64,000 nucleotides of DNA from Acidobacteriota bacterium (GTDB lineage: Bacteria; Acidobacteriota; UBA6911; RPQK01; JAJDTT01). The notes beneath the pieces are model-generated. The model saw only the letters and a list, made by a program, of their open reading frames with translations. It ran no database searches and was not told the DNA's origin. The position numbers were made by a program, and so were the translations under genes. Within the stretch, counting starts at the first letter, position 1, and every line of letters begins with the position of its first letter. Location of the stretch: NCBI GenBank assembly GCA_965263035.1, contig OZ253580.1, positions 864,001 to 928,000 on the forward strand, read 5' to 3'. Of the stretch, positions 29,667-38,420 are shown piece after piece.

Positions 29667-32120
29667 CTAACGAAATTCGACGCCTCGACGGGGCATCGAT
29701 TGAGCCCACGCCAACAGGTTACTTCTTAGTTCCTCGAGGGTCAGCGCCCAACTCGACAGGTCGCCGCCTTTCGGATCCACCGTGTCAAACGAAAAGGAGT
29801 CTTCGAGGTAAGTCCAAACCCGCTCGATCCCGGTGAGGATCTCCACGATCTCCCCTTGTCCATCCGGCCCTGTCACCCGATTGCCGATCGCGTCATGGTA
29901 GGACGCCAGGAGACCTCCAAACCGGATCCCCACTTCCAGGCAGCGCTCCAGGTGGCGCAGATCCGGCACGGCTTCCTCCCTCACGTCGCCGACGCCGAGG
30001 GCTTCGGTCACCATTCGCTTTCCCTTTCGGTTGACCTCGGCAAGTTGCCTCCAAAAGGCTGCTATCCCTCGTTGCAAGAGAGCGTACTCCTGGGCTGAAA
30101 AGGTGCGCACACGCCCCCTGATTCGGATCTCCGTGGCGGCATCCTCCGTGTCTTCCAGCGCGCGGCTGCCCGCCGAACCCGATCCCCAATAGGCGCTGTC
30201 GGCTTGAAAGAGCCTCCAGAAGACAGCGTTCGGATAGACCTTCCTGGGGTAAAAGGCGGGAATCTCATTGTCCCCAAGCGGTTCGAAGAAGTTGAAGAAA
30301 CGCGCCATGAGCTTGCCCGTCTTCGCCCCGTAGATTCGAACGCACGCCTCTTCGAACAGTCCCCCGGAACCGTACACCTCCTCGGGAAGTTCCTGGTTCG
30401 ACCGGAGCCGGTTCCATGCAGCCAGAGCCGTCTCGAAGGTATTCGGCCGTTGGTAGCCAGGGGCGTCGACATTCCAACTGAATTCGGCGTTGACGACCTG
30501 CAACGGTTCCTGGTGGACTCCTCCACTGAAATTGTAGATCGCTTCGGCGCCTTCAAAAATTCCGTTTATGACCGGGGTCGCCGCATACGGATAGTTGAAG
30601 ACGCCACCGGAATATTGGTCAGCGCCCCCCAAAAAGAACATGAAGGTTTTATCGCTCAACCCTCGGGAGGCCATTCTCTCCTTGAACGCTGGAATCCACG
30701 GTTCACCCGTTCCCTGACGAGGAAAAATCTCTCGAAAGCCGATCTCGACATTATCTTGCGACGGCAGAAGCGATACCGCGTTGGCCCAGAATTCGAGGGT
30801 CTTTTCCCAGTTGAGATCTTCATCGGTGTCGACGCCACCCAGGCCGGACCGCCCGGAATCTATCCCATAGGGCGGCGAGATCAGAATAATGGTGCAATCG
30901 CGCGCTGCATCGTAGCCGGTATCCGGGTTGCGCACTCGTTGGATACTCTCGACGATCTGACCGTATCGATAGGCAAGGGCTCCGGCACCACCGTCCAGAG
31001 CGGCGAAATCGTCGTTGGGCCATCGGCCCTTGCACCCCGGGTCGCGTGCCTTCCAACGTTCCACGTTGCTCTTGTAGTGTCCCGTGTCCTCGTGATGGAT
31101 GTACAAAGCCCCGGGTTCTACCGTGCGAACCAACTCGGTGATCGCTCCGACGATCTCCCTGTTTTGCGCCTCGTTCGAGCGACAGGTGCCCAAAGTGGGG
31201 TGGAGGGGTGTTCGAAGTTCGCCGTAACACGCGTATAGAGGCCCGTCAGGGTAACTTTTCCGGTTCAGAAATATTTTCCCGATGTTGTGCTCGGGCTCGA
31301 CTTTCAGGGGGTCGAAGTTGGCGCCAAATCCAGCATAGACAAGCTTGATCCCACGGTCACGGGCATAGGAGTTCAGTTCCCGCATCATCGCACCGTAGCC
31401 GGGTACTTTTTCGGCAGTCCAACCAAAGCCGTCAAAGAAAACCATATTGATCTTGAAGCGCAGACAGAAATCGAGCTTGCGCTTGATCCGCTCCATGTAG
31501 GCTCTCCTGCCATCTCCCCAGTCGTAACCCCAGCGGTTGAGCTCGGCACGCATGAGCCAGTCCGCTGCGGCCCGGTACTTGAAGTCCGGGTAATCCCTCA
31601 CTTCCACTTCAGGGATGACGAGCTCCCCGTCCTCCACTGACCACAGTTGCACCAGAGTGGTCACCGCGTAGAGCGCACCCAGCGGAGCGGACCCGAGCAG
31701 AAGTATCCGTTGGTGTTTAGGATCCGTCTTGATCACATAAGCCTGGCCGGTATCTTGGGGATCATTCAGCACCTTACGATCGGCGTCGGAAAGGAGTCTC
31801 AGTAACTCATAGGACCGGTTTTCCTTTTGGCTCCAGTCCAATAGCAGTATGCACGGCGTTCCGGAACACTCCGTCGCCATCTGTAGCTGAACTCCACTGA
31901 CGCTGGCCTCCTGGCGAAGAAACTGCTCTGCAAGCTCAAGCATTCGGCTACGCGACGGGCGGGCCACTACCCAACCGCCGGAGGCTCCTGCACCGCTCTT
32001 AATTGCCCCGGACCCGGCTTCCAGGACCTGAGGCATGGGAATCACGCGGGGCGTGGCCCAAAGCGCAGGGACCAGGAAGAAAAATGAGAGGACGAACGAC
32101 GTTCTTCTGAGGAAACACAT
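29667..32120 (-). CDS. GH20 zincin-like N-terminal domain protein, paralog P5
   Basis: Start reassigned to ATG 32120 (AGGAG upstream; MCFLRRTSFVLSFFFLVPALWA); RWGYDWGDG, GTCRSN, YIHHED, DPGC..WPNDD, NAEFSWN, DPKGGD. Confidence 0.8.
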   Translation of the reverse strand: MCFLRRTSFVLSFFFLVPALWATPRVIPMPQVLEAGSGAIKSGAGASGGWVVARPSRSRMLELAEQFLRQEASVSGVQLQMATECSGTPCILLLDWSQKENRSYELLRLLSDADRKVLNDPQDTGQAYVIKTDPKHQRILLLGSAPLGALYAVTTLVQLWSVEDGELVIPEVEVRDYPDFKYRAAADWLMRAELNRWGYDWGDGRRAYMERIKRKLDFCLRFKINMVFFDGFGWTAEKVPGYGAMMRELNSYARDRGIKLVYAGFGANFDPLKVEPEHNIGKIFLNRKSYPDGPLYACYGELRTPLHPTLGTCRSNEAQNREIVGAITELVRTVEPGALYIHHEDTGHYKSNVERWKARDPGCKGRWPNDDFAALDGGAGALAYRYGQIVESIQRVRNPDTGYDAARDCTIILISPPYGIDSGRSGLGGVDTDEDLNWEKTLEFWANAVSLLPSQDNVEIGFREIFPRQGTGEPWIPAFKERMASRGLSDKTFMFFLGGADQYSGGVFNYPYAATPVINGIFEGAEAIYNFSGGVHQEPLQVVNAEFSWNVDAPGYQRPNTFETALAAWNRLRSNQELPEEVYGSGGLFEEACVRIYGAKTGKLMARFFNFFEPLGDNEIPAFYPRKVYPNAVFWRLFQADSAYWGSGSAGSRALEDTEDAATEIRIRGRVRTFSAQEYALLQRGIAAFWRQLAEVNRKGKRMVTEALGVGDVREEAVPDLRHLERCLEVGIRFGGLLASYHDAIGNRVTGPDGQGEIVEILTGIERVWTYLEDSFSFDTVDPKGGDLSSWALTLEELRSNLLAWAQSMPRRGVEFR

Positions 32121-32403
32121 AAATCTTTCTTCTCCTATTATGCGTCGCGACCGCTTCGCTCGACCTGCCTCCCCACTCCGCTCCGAGTTACAAGTCGAAT
32201 CCGCATCTCCAGAATAAAGTTCCCGAAGTCGGCATACCGCCGACGGTCCATCCAACTCCGGTAGCTGCGAAGTGAAACCCGTGGCCGGCGCGACGACAAC
32301 TTGCCGCACTCGCTGAGAGGGGAGTCGGGAACGCCCCTACTCTTCGGGCTCCGGGGCCACACCCCGGACTACGCGAATCTCAGGCCCTTGAGCCGGCACC
32401 CTG

Positions 32404-32465
32404 AAGTGGACTTCACTTGGCCCCCAGTCTATCATTGGTGAAAGATCTTGTTGGTTTGAGGGCAG
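32404..32465 (+). promoter_or_regulatory. Shared promoter/operator motif, copy C (TGGACT-N17-TATCAT; palindrome AAGTGGACTTCACTT)
   Basis: AAGTGGACTTCACTTGGCCCCCAGTCTATCATTGGTGAAAGATCTTGTTGGTTTGAGGGCAG; upstream of the PTE and SelA-like genes, in the region divergent from P5. Confidence 0.7.
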
Positions 32466-32482
32466 GTTATGGAGAAGAAGAG

Positions 32483-33430
32483 ATGATGTCAAGCCAGGGT
32501 GAAATTGTTACCGTTTTGGGCTCCATTCCCCAGGAAGACGCTGGTTTCACCCTCTGTCATGAACACCTGATCTGCGACCTCTGGCCACTTTTCCCCAGTT
32601 ACAACAACATCTTGGATGAAGAGAAGCTCGCGGTACAGGAATTGGCCGAATTCAGGAAGGCGTCCGGTGGCACCCTGGTGGATTGCACCAGCATCGGACT
32701 CGGCCGAGATCCCCAAGCCCTGAAACGTATCGCCCAGTCGACCGGTGTGAACATCGTCATGGGAACCGGCTGGTATCGTGAGGAGGTCTATCCGCCGGAA
32801 ATCAGGGAGAAGTCGACTGAGGAACTCGCCGATCTGATGGTTCAAGAGATTCGGGAAGGTGTCGATGGAAGTGGTATACGGGCGGGCATAATCGGAGAAA
32901 TCGGGACCGAGCGTTATTCCATCACACCTGCCCAGGAAAAGGTGTTTCGTGCTTCAGCTCGAGCACAGAAGCGGACCGGCGTCAGCATTTGGACTCACAC
33001 CACTTATTTTGGAGAATTAGCGCTTGAGCAGATCGATCTACTTCAAGAGGAAGGCGTGCCTTGCGACCGTATCGTCATCAGTCACTTGGGAGACCGTCCG
33101 GTACCGGACCGGTTTCTGGCTATTGCCGAAAGGGGGGTGTTCCTGGGAATCGACAATATCGGATATGTCGGTGATGGTTATCCTGATGACGGCATCCGCA
33201 TTGCCAACATACTGGAATTGATATCAGCTGGACATCTGAACCAGCTCATGCTTTCGCTGGATATTTGCATGAAGGGCCATCTTCTTGCTTACGGAGGCAA
33301 AGGATACGCATATTTGCAAAGAGAATTCTTGCCTCGGCTGAAGCGGGCGGGCGTAACGGATGAACATATCCGATGCCTGACCGTAAGCAACCCCCGCCGT
33401 GCCCTGGGTATGCAGAGGGCGCAGGGTTGA
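32483..33430 (+). CDS. Phosphotriesterase-family (PHP/PLL-like) amidohydrolase
   Basis: TLCHEHL (HxH), GLGRD, GIIGEIG, HT, SH, SLD metal ligands; start at ATG 32483 after GGAG. Confidence 0.9.
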   Translation: MMSSQGEIVTVLGSIPQEDAGFTLCHEHLICDLWPLFPSYNNILDEEKLAVQELAEFRKASGGTLVDCTSIGLGRDPQALKRIAQSTGVNIVMGTGWYREEVYPPEIREKSTEELADLMVQEIREGVDGSGIRAGIIGEIGTERYSITPAQEKVFRASARAQKRTGVSIWTHTTYFGELALEQIDLLQEEGVPCDRIVISHLGDRPVPDRFLAIAERGVFLGIDNIGYVGDGYPDDGIRIANILELISAGHLNQLMLSLDICMKGHLLAYGGKGYAYLQREFLPRLKRAGVTDEHIRCLTVSNPRRALGMQRAQG

Positions 33431-34623
33431 TGGGTGCAAAGAGAAACCCCATTTATCAACGGCTGGGCGTCCGTGAAGTGATCAATGGCCGAAGTTTCAG
33501 CACCAAAGTCGGTGGCTGCATCATGGATCCTCAGGTGATCCAGGCCATGCAGAAAGCAAGCCGGTCCTTTGTTCGCATTGAAGATCTGGAGGAGGCGGCA
33601 AGCAGGACCATCTCGCAGATCACAGGCGCCGAAGCAGGTTACGTCACTTCAGGCGCGGCAGCGGGACTCACCTTGGCCATGGCTGCTTGTATGACGGGAC
33701 TCGATCCCGAAAAGATGAATCGCTTGCCCGATACGACGGGGATGAAGAACGAAGTGATCATTCAGCGGGGTCATCGCAACGATTATGACCACGCGTTGAG
33801 AGCGGCAGGAGCAAGGGTCAAGGAGATCGGTTACAACTACGCCACATTCCCCTATGAGCTGGAGCGGGCCATCGATGAGAAAACCGCTGCCGTCTTTTAC
33901 TTGGCTGGAATCGCTGACGGCAGCTTACCCATCGCCCGGGTCACCGAAATCGCCGGAGAAAAAGGGGTCCCCGTCATCGTAGACGCGAGCGCAGAACTGC
34001 CGCCACGAGAGAACCTCCGCAGATTTATCGGCCACGGAGCCGATCTCGTCGTCTTCAGCGGCGGAAAACACATCCGCGGACCCCAGTCGAGCGGCTTCAT
34101 TTGCGGTCGAAAGGAACTGATTCTAGCCGCCGCACTGCAGCATCAGGACATGGACGTATTCCCCGAAACCTGGAGTTCCCGCAATTTGATCGATGAGGGC
34201 ATTCTTCCCGGCCCCCCACACCACGGGATCGGACGGGGCTTCAAGGTCGGCAAGGAGGAAATCGTCGGTCTCGTGACAGCCTTGACCCGTTATGTTGAAA
34301 GGGATCTGGAGGCAGAGCTACAGCACTGGAAGGAAACCACTCATGCCATCGTGGAGGGCGTGAATCAGATTGACGGTCTGAGTGGAGCATTCCAGTTTCC
34401 GAAACCAAGCGGCAGGATCGTCCCGGCGGCCCATATCCGAGTAGACCCGATGAAGTACGGCCTGGACGCCCATGGCCTCATTAACGCGCTCCAGGATGGT
34501 GACCCCATCATCGCCGTTTATGAGAGCTTCGCCGCTAAGGGTAAAGTGATCATCTTTCCCGAGAATCTGCGGCCGGGCGACGTTCCTCTGATCTTGGATC
34601 GTCTACGGGAGATCAAGGCGTGA
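33430..34623 (+). CDS. SelA-related PLP-dependent enzyme (DgaE-like)
   Basis: LGVREVIN..GG, VTSGAAAG, IVDASAE, DLVVFSGGK (PLP lysine)..GPQSSG, IGRGFKVGKEEIVGL; TGATG coupling to the PTE gene. Confidence 0.85.
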   Translation: MGAKRNPIYQRLGVREVINGRSFSTKVGGCIMDPQVIQAMQKASRSFVRIEDLEEAASRTISQITGAEAGYVTSGAAAGLTLAMAACMTGLDPEKMNRLPDTTGMKNEVIIQRGHRNDYDHALRAAGARVKEIGYNYATFPYELERAIDEKTAAVFYLAGIADGSLPIARVTEIAGEKGVPVIVDASAELPPRENLRRFIGHGADLVVFSGGKHIRGPQSSGFICGRKELILAAALQHQDMDVFPETWSSRNLIDEGILPGPPHHGIGRGFKVGKEEIVGLVTALTRYVERDLEAELQHWKETTHAIVEGVNQIDGLSGAFQFPKPSGRIVPAAHIRVDPMKYGLDAHGLINALQDGDPIIAVYESFAAKGKVIIFPENLRPGDVPLILDRLREIKA

Positions 34624-36178
34624 AGATTCGAAACTCCTTATCGACGTTCTTGGATTGGAGTTCGCGGTAGGTCTTGAGTTCCGTTTGCGCCTCTTCTCGC
34701 CGGCCTAGTCTGGCTAATACCTGAGCGGCTTGGAAGTGAGCCTGGGGGAACCCGGGATCCAATTCGATCGCCCGGTGACTATCTCGCAACGACGCCAAAA
34801 GGTTTCCTCGCATGAGGAGGATTTTGGCTCGCTGAACGAGGGCGTGAACAAAGGCGGGATTGAACGTAAGGCATTGATCGAAAAGCGCCAGAGCCCGATC
34901 TTCTTCGCCCCGTTGGGAGTGGATCAGACCCTGAAGATAGTGGATGCGCCCGTCCTCTGGAGACAGCCGGAGCGCCTTCTCGAAATACGAGAGTGCTTGA
35001 TCCGGCTGTCCGGCTTCCAGAAATGAACTGGCGAGATAAAGCATGCCGGAGCTGTCTGAAGGCCGAATCTCAACCAATCTTGAAAAGGTCCGCTGAGCGT
35101 CCTCAAACCTCCCTTTGAGCTGCTGCGCGAATCCCATTGCCCTCAGCAATTGTGGAGACTCTGGAAAGTGCACCAATGATTGATCGAGTACCGTAATCGC
35201 TTCGTCGTAGGCGTCGGCCCTCAAGAGCAGGAGCGCTAAATTGTAGTGGGCCTCCAGATTTCCGGGTTGCAGTTCGATGGCCTTTTCAAAAGACTTCCCG
35301 GCTTCTACGACTTGCCCCAACTTGGCGTTGGCCGCCCCCATGAGGTTGAAGTACTCTGCGTTTTTCTTGGATTCGGGCCAACGCCGCAGTTCCGCCAGAC
35401 AGCTCTCATCCGCCCCCTGCTTGAACAGCCCCGAGGCCAACGAAAACCTCAAGTCCCAGTTGCCAGGATTGAGCGCCAGGGCTTTCTTGAGACTGGCAAC
35501 CGACTTATCCAAGCGTCCCGTCTGTTCGTAGGCCGTTGCCAGGGCGGCCCAGAGTCCATAGCTGTCGTCGCCCAGTCTGTTCGCCCGCTCCAGACTGGCA
35601 GCCGCGGCCTCCGGTTTTTCCAAGGCCACATAACACTCTCCGAGTAGTCGATAGTATTGGCGACTGTGGAATTGAGGATCTTTTCCTACCTCTTCCAAAT
35701 GGTTGACCGCACTTTTGAATTGCCCCTGTTCAGCGTAGATAACACCCAATCGATAATGGATTTCCGACGAATCGGGACTTAAATCCAGCAACTCTTGGAA
35801 CTGCTGGAGCGCCTGCTCCAACCTGCCTAGACGGACCCAGTGAAGAGCCAAATTCCTTCGGGCCTCAACGTAATCGGGCCTGAGCGCAATGGCCTTCTGG
35901 AGGGATTCTTCAAATAGTTGAGGCCGATTCATCTTCTGGTAGATGATCCCCATCAGGTTGTGAGCCTCGGCAACTTGCGGCGCCAACTCCAAAAGCTCCG
36001 TCAGGCTGGAAAGAGCCGACTGGAACTGTCCCTTTTGGAATGCGTTGAGCGCCTCCGAATAGTGGTGGCGAATGAGTTCGGCCGTAGTCCCTTGGTTTCC
36101 AGCGAGACTCCATGGAACAGCAAGGAGGTTGAGGAGGAGCCAGATGAGCGCAAATGACGGCCGTGATCCTTGTGCCAT
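34613..36178 (-). CDS. Tetratricopeptide repeat protein, secreted
   Basis: Signal peptide and many TPR units; 3' end overlaps the SelA-like gene by 11 nt. Confidence 0.85.
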   Translation of the reverse strand: MAQGSRPSFALIWLLLNLLAVPWSLAGNQGTTAELIRHHYSEALNAFQKGQFQSALSSLTELLELAPQVAEAHNLMGIIYQKMNRPQLFEESLQKAIALRPDYVEARRNLALHWVRLGRLEQALQQFQELLDLSPDSSEIHYRLGVIYAEQGQFKSAVNHLEEVGKDPQFHSRQYYRLLGECYVALEKPEAAAASLERANRLGDDSYGLWAALATAYEQTGRLDKSVASLKKALALNPGNWDLRFSLASGLFKQGADESCLAELRRWPESKKNAEYFNLMGAANAKLGQVVEAGKSFEKAIELQPGNLEAHYNLALLLLRADAYDEAITVLDQSLVHFPESPQLLRAMGFAQQLKGRFEDAQRTFSRLVEIRPSDSSGMLYLASSFLEAGQPDQALSYFEKALRLSPEDGRIHYLQGLIHSQRGEEDRALALFDQCLTFNPAFVHALVQRAKILLMRGNLLASLRDSHRAIELDPGFPQAHFQAAQVLARLGRREEAQTELKTYRELQSKNVDKEFRIFTP

Positions 36179-36319
36179 GGCCAGTTCAGTTTGCCATAGA
36201 CGGATTTCCGCTTCACGGCTACGCGGTCACCACGACGCGAGGTCTGTTTCTTGGACGACCGGACAGATCACGTGTCAAGAAACGTTCGCTCGTGCCAGGC
36301 GGCCCGGAGGAGTAGCGCC

Positions 36320-38359
36320 TTGCACGTGAGGCGTCTTGGGACCTATTCTCGGCCTATGATGGGATTACTGACTATTGCCGCATGGGCCGTCATCAATTCG
36401 AGCGCCACCATCTCTACAACTGCCGGGGCTGCGAGTTCGGAAACCCCCTTCGCCGTCAGTGCGCGGGCCTGGACACCGGGGGAAGAAACCCTGGACGGAC
36501 CAGACTTCAACGTGGACGCGCCCTACTGCCGATCCATCTGGGACACCGCCGGATGCACGACGGCGGCGACTCTACCCCAGATCGTGATGGGACCCTTGGG
36601 ACAGAATATCTCCCGGACCGAGATCGTCGTCACCAACGCGGGGCCGGTTGGGCGTGCATGTGACTTGGCGCTGCTCTTTCACCGGGGCTCTTCCCAGGCT
36701 CCGGAAGCCCTATTCAACGGCCGGGCAGCAGAGGGGAATCTCATCCGGACGACACTGTCCGCCGGGGGAGCCCGAATCTTTACCCTGACTCCCGCCGATC
36801 CGGCGGAATTGGCGGTCGGAGCGGTATCGATCTTCACCAAGTCTCCCTGCTCCTCCGACTCATTGCACGTTCAAGGCCGGTATCTACTGGAACACGAATC
36901 CACCGGAGAGATCGACGAGATCTTTTCCGTTGCGGGTCAGCGGCCCGAGGAGTGGCTTTCCGACGGTGACTGCCGAGTCCTGACCGGGGTCTTCGGCCCC
37001 GGCCGGGACGTGGGTTTTGCGGTGGTGGCCGGGGAGCCGGGACAAGCCGCGCCACCCGGCACTGAACTACGCTACCGATCCTTCGACCTGGATGGGAACC
37101 TCATCGGCGAACCTGGCGGACTGCCCGTTTCCGGACGGCACCAACCCCAGTTTCCTTGGGATTTCAGCGAACCCACCATTATCGAGATGTGTCTGCAGGT
37201 CCCGGAGGACCCGAGCGACTTCCACGCCTCCGTCATCGCCGTCGGGATCACCGAGACCGACAACAACATACAGTGGAGCGACGAGATCCTGGTGGACAGT
37301 TTGAAGCCGTATGACCGGATCGAAAGTGCTCTGGTCTACGATCACGATCCGGAAACGCGCCTGGGGGACGAGATCTTCGGCGACGTCATCGTCGATTTCG
37401 AGAACGACGATCCGGGGCGCAACTCCCATGGGGGTCCCGTCTGCATGCAGTACGCCGACGGCCGAATCGTGGCCTTCCATTCCAATGCCAGCGACCACAA
37501 CCTGGACGGCTGGAGTGAGTATGCCTTCAGCGACGACGGAGCAACGAGTTGGCAGAGATACAACAAATTCCAGTATTCCTACGACCAATACAGGCGAGAT
37601 CCGGAGCATCCGGTCTGGGTTGAAGAGGGCCTGGTCACGGAACAGGGCACCGCCGTCCTGTTCCTGACCCATTTCCTTCTGGACAACACCCGGACCGGCA
37701 GCGGGACCATGGTCAGCCGAGACAATGGGTCAAGCTGGACCGAGTACGCGCCCATCGACGGCGACTTTACCGGGTATCCGTGCGCGGTGGCGGTGGACGG
37801 CCGGAACAACTACGTCCTCTTCGACAGCAACTCGGGTCACCACGTGCTGTACGTCAGCACCGACGACGGGCAGACCTGGACCAGGCGGAGTACGTTGGCG
37901 CTGGACCGTGACAAGTGGTATGGCGCCATGTGCATCATGGAGGATGGCCGCTTCCTTGCCGGAGCCTACACCCACCACGACGAATACCATTTCTACTACA
38001 CCATCAGCGGGGATCAGGGAAAGACCTGGAGCCCCCAGGAAAGGGCCTATGTGGACCAGAAGATCCGCGATCCGGAGCTGGCCTATCTGGGAGGCAAATA
38101 TTACCTGCACGGGCGGTCCGGAAGCGTCGGAGAGGGACGAGGCCGTTTCGTTCTCTACCAGTCCGACGACGGGATCAACTGGGGTGAGGGGATTATCGTC
38201 AGCAGTGACGCCCGGCATCTCGACGGGTACAGCCACAACTGCATCATCAATCGGCCAAACGGCGCGCCGAACGAGTTGATGGTCCAATACAGCATCATTT
38301 ACGACGGCCGCGACACCAACACCTACGCTTTTTTCATCCAGCCCGACTCGGCACCTTGA
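36320..38359 (+). CDS. Sialidase-like BNR/Asp-box beta-propeller protein with unassigned N-terminal domain
   Basis: Asp-boxes SDDGATSW, SRDNGSSW, STDDGQTW, SGDQGKTW, SDDGINW; TTG start after GGAGGAG. Confidence 0.75.
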   Translation: MHVRRLGTYSRPMMGLLTIAAWAVINSSATISTTAGAASSETPFAVSARAWTPGEETLDGPDFNVDAPYCRSIWDTAGCTTAATLPQIVMGPLGQNISRTEIVVTNAGPVGRACDLALLFHRGSSQAPEALFNGRAAEGNLIRTTLSAGGARIFTLTPADPAELAVGAVSIFTKSPCSSDSLHVQGRYLLEHESTGEIDEIFSVAGQRPEEWLSDGDCRVLTGVFGPGRDVGFAVVAGEPGQAAPPGTELRYRSFDLDGNLIGEPGGLPVSGRHQPQFPWDFSEPTIIEMCLQVPEDPSDFHASVIAVGITETDNNIQWSDEILVDSLKPYDRIESALVYDHDPETRLGDEIFGDVIVDFENDDPGRNSHGGPVCMQYADGRIVAFHSNASDHNLDGWSEYAFSDDGATSWQRYNKFQYSYDQYRRDPEHPVWVEEGLVTEQGTAVLFLTHFLLDNTRTGSGTMVSRDNGSSWTEYAPIDGDFTGYPCAVAVDGRNNYVLFDSNSGHHVLYVSTDDGQTWTRRSTLALDRDKWYGAMCIMEDGRFLAGAYTHHDEYHFYYTISGDQGKTWSPQERAYVDQKIRDPELAYLGGKYYLHGRSGSVGEGRGRFVLYQSDDGINWGEGIIVSSDARHLDGYSHNCIINRPNGAPNELMVQYSIIYDGRDTNTYAFFIQPDSAP

Positions 38360-38420
38360 TTTCGGAGAGTGTCGGGGAGATCCCTTGCCGGTGCGCCGTC
38401 AGACGGCGGCCTTCAACCCG

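Noticed and set aside
32228-32244. GTCGGC-N5-GCCGAC palindrome upstream of P5
   Set aside because: A single GC-rich 6-bp repeat is likely by chance and does not recur at the other promoters.
33430-34623. Selenocysteine synthase selA
   Set aside because: Motif pattern and short length fit the SelA-related/DgaE group; I saw no selB, selD, tRNA-Sec or in-frame TGA candidates.
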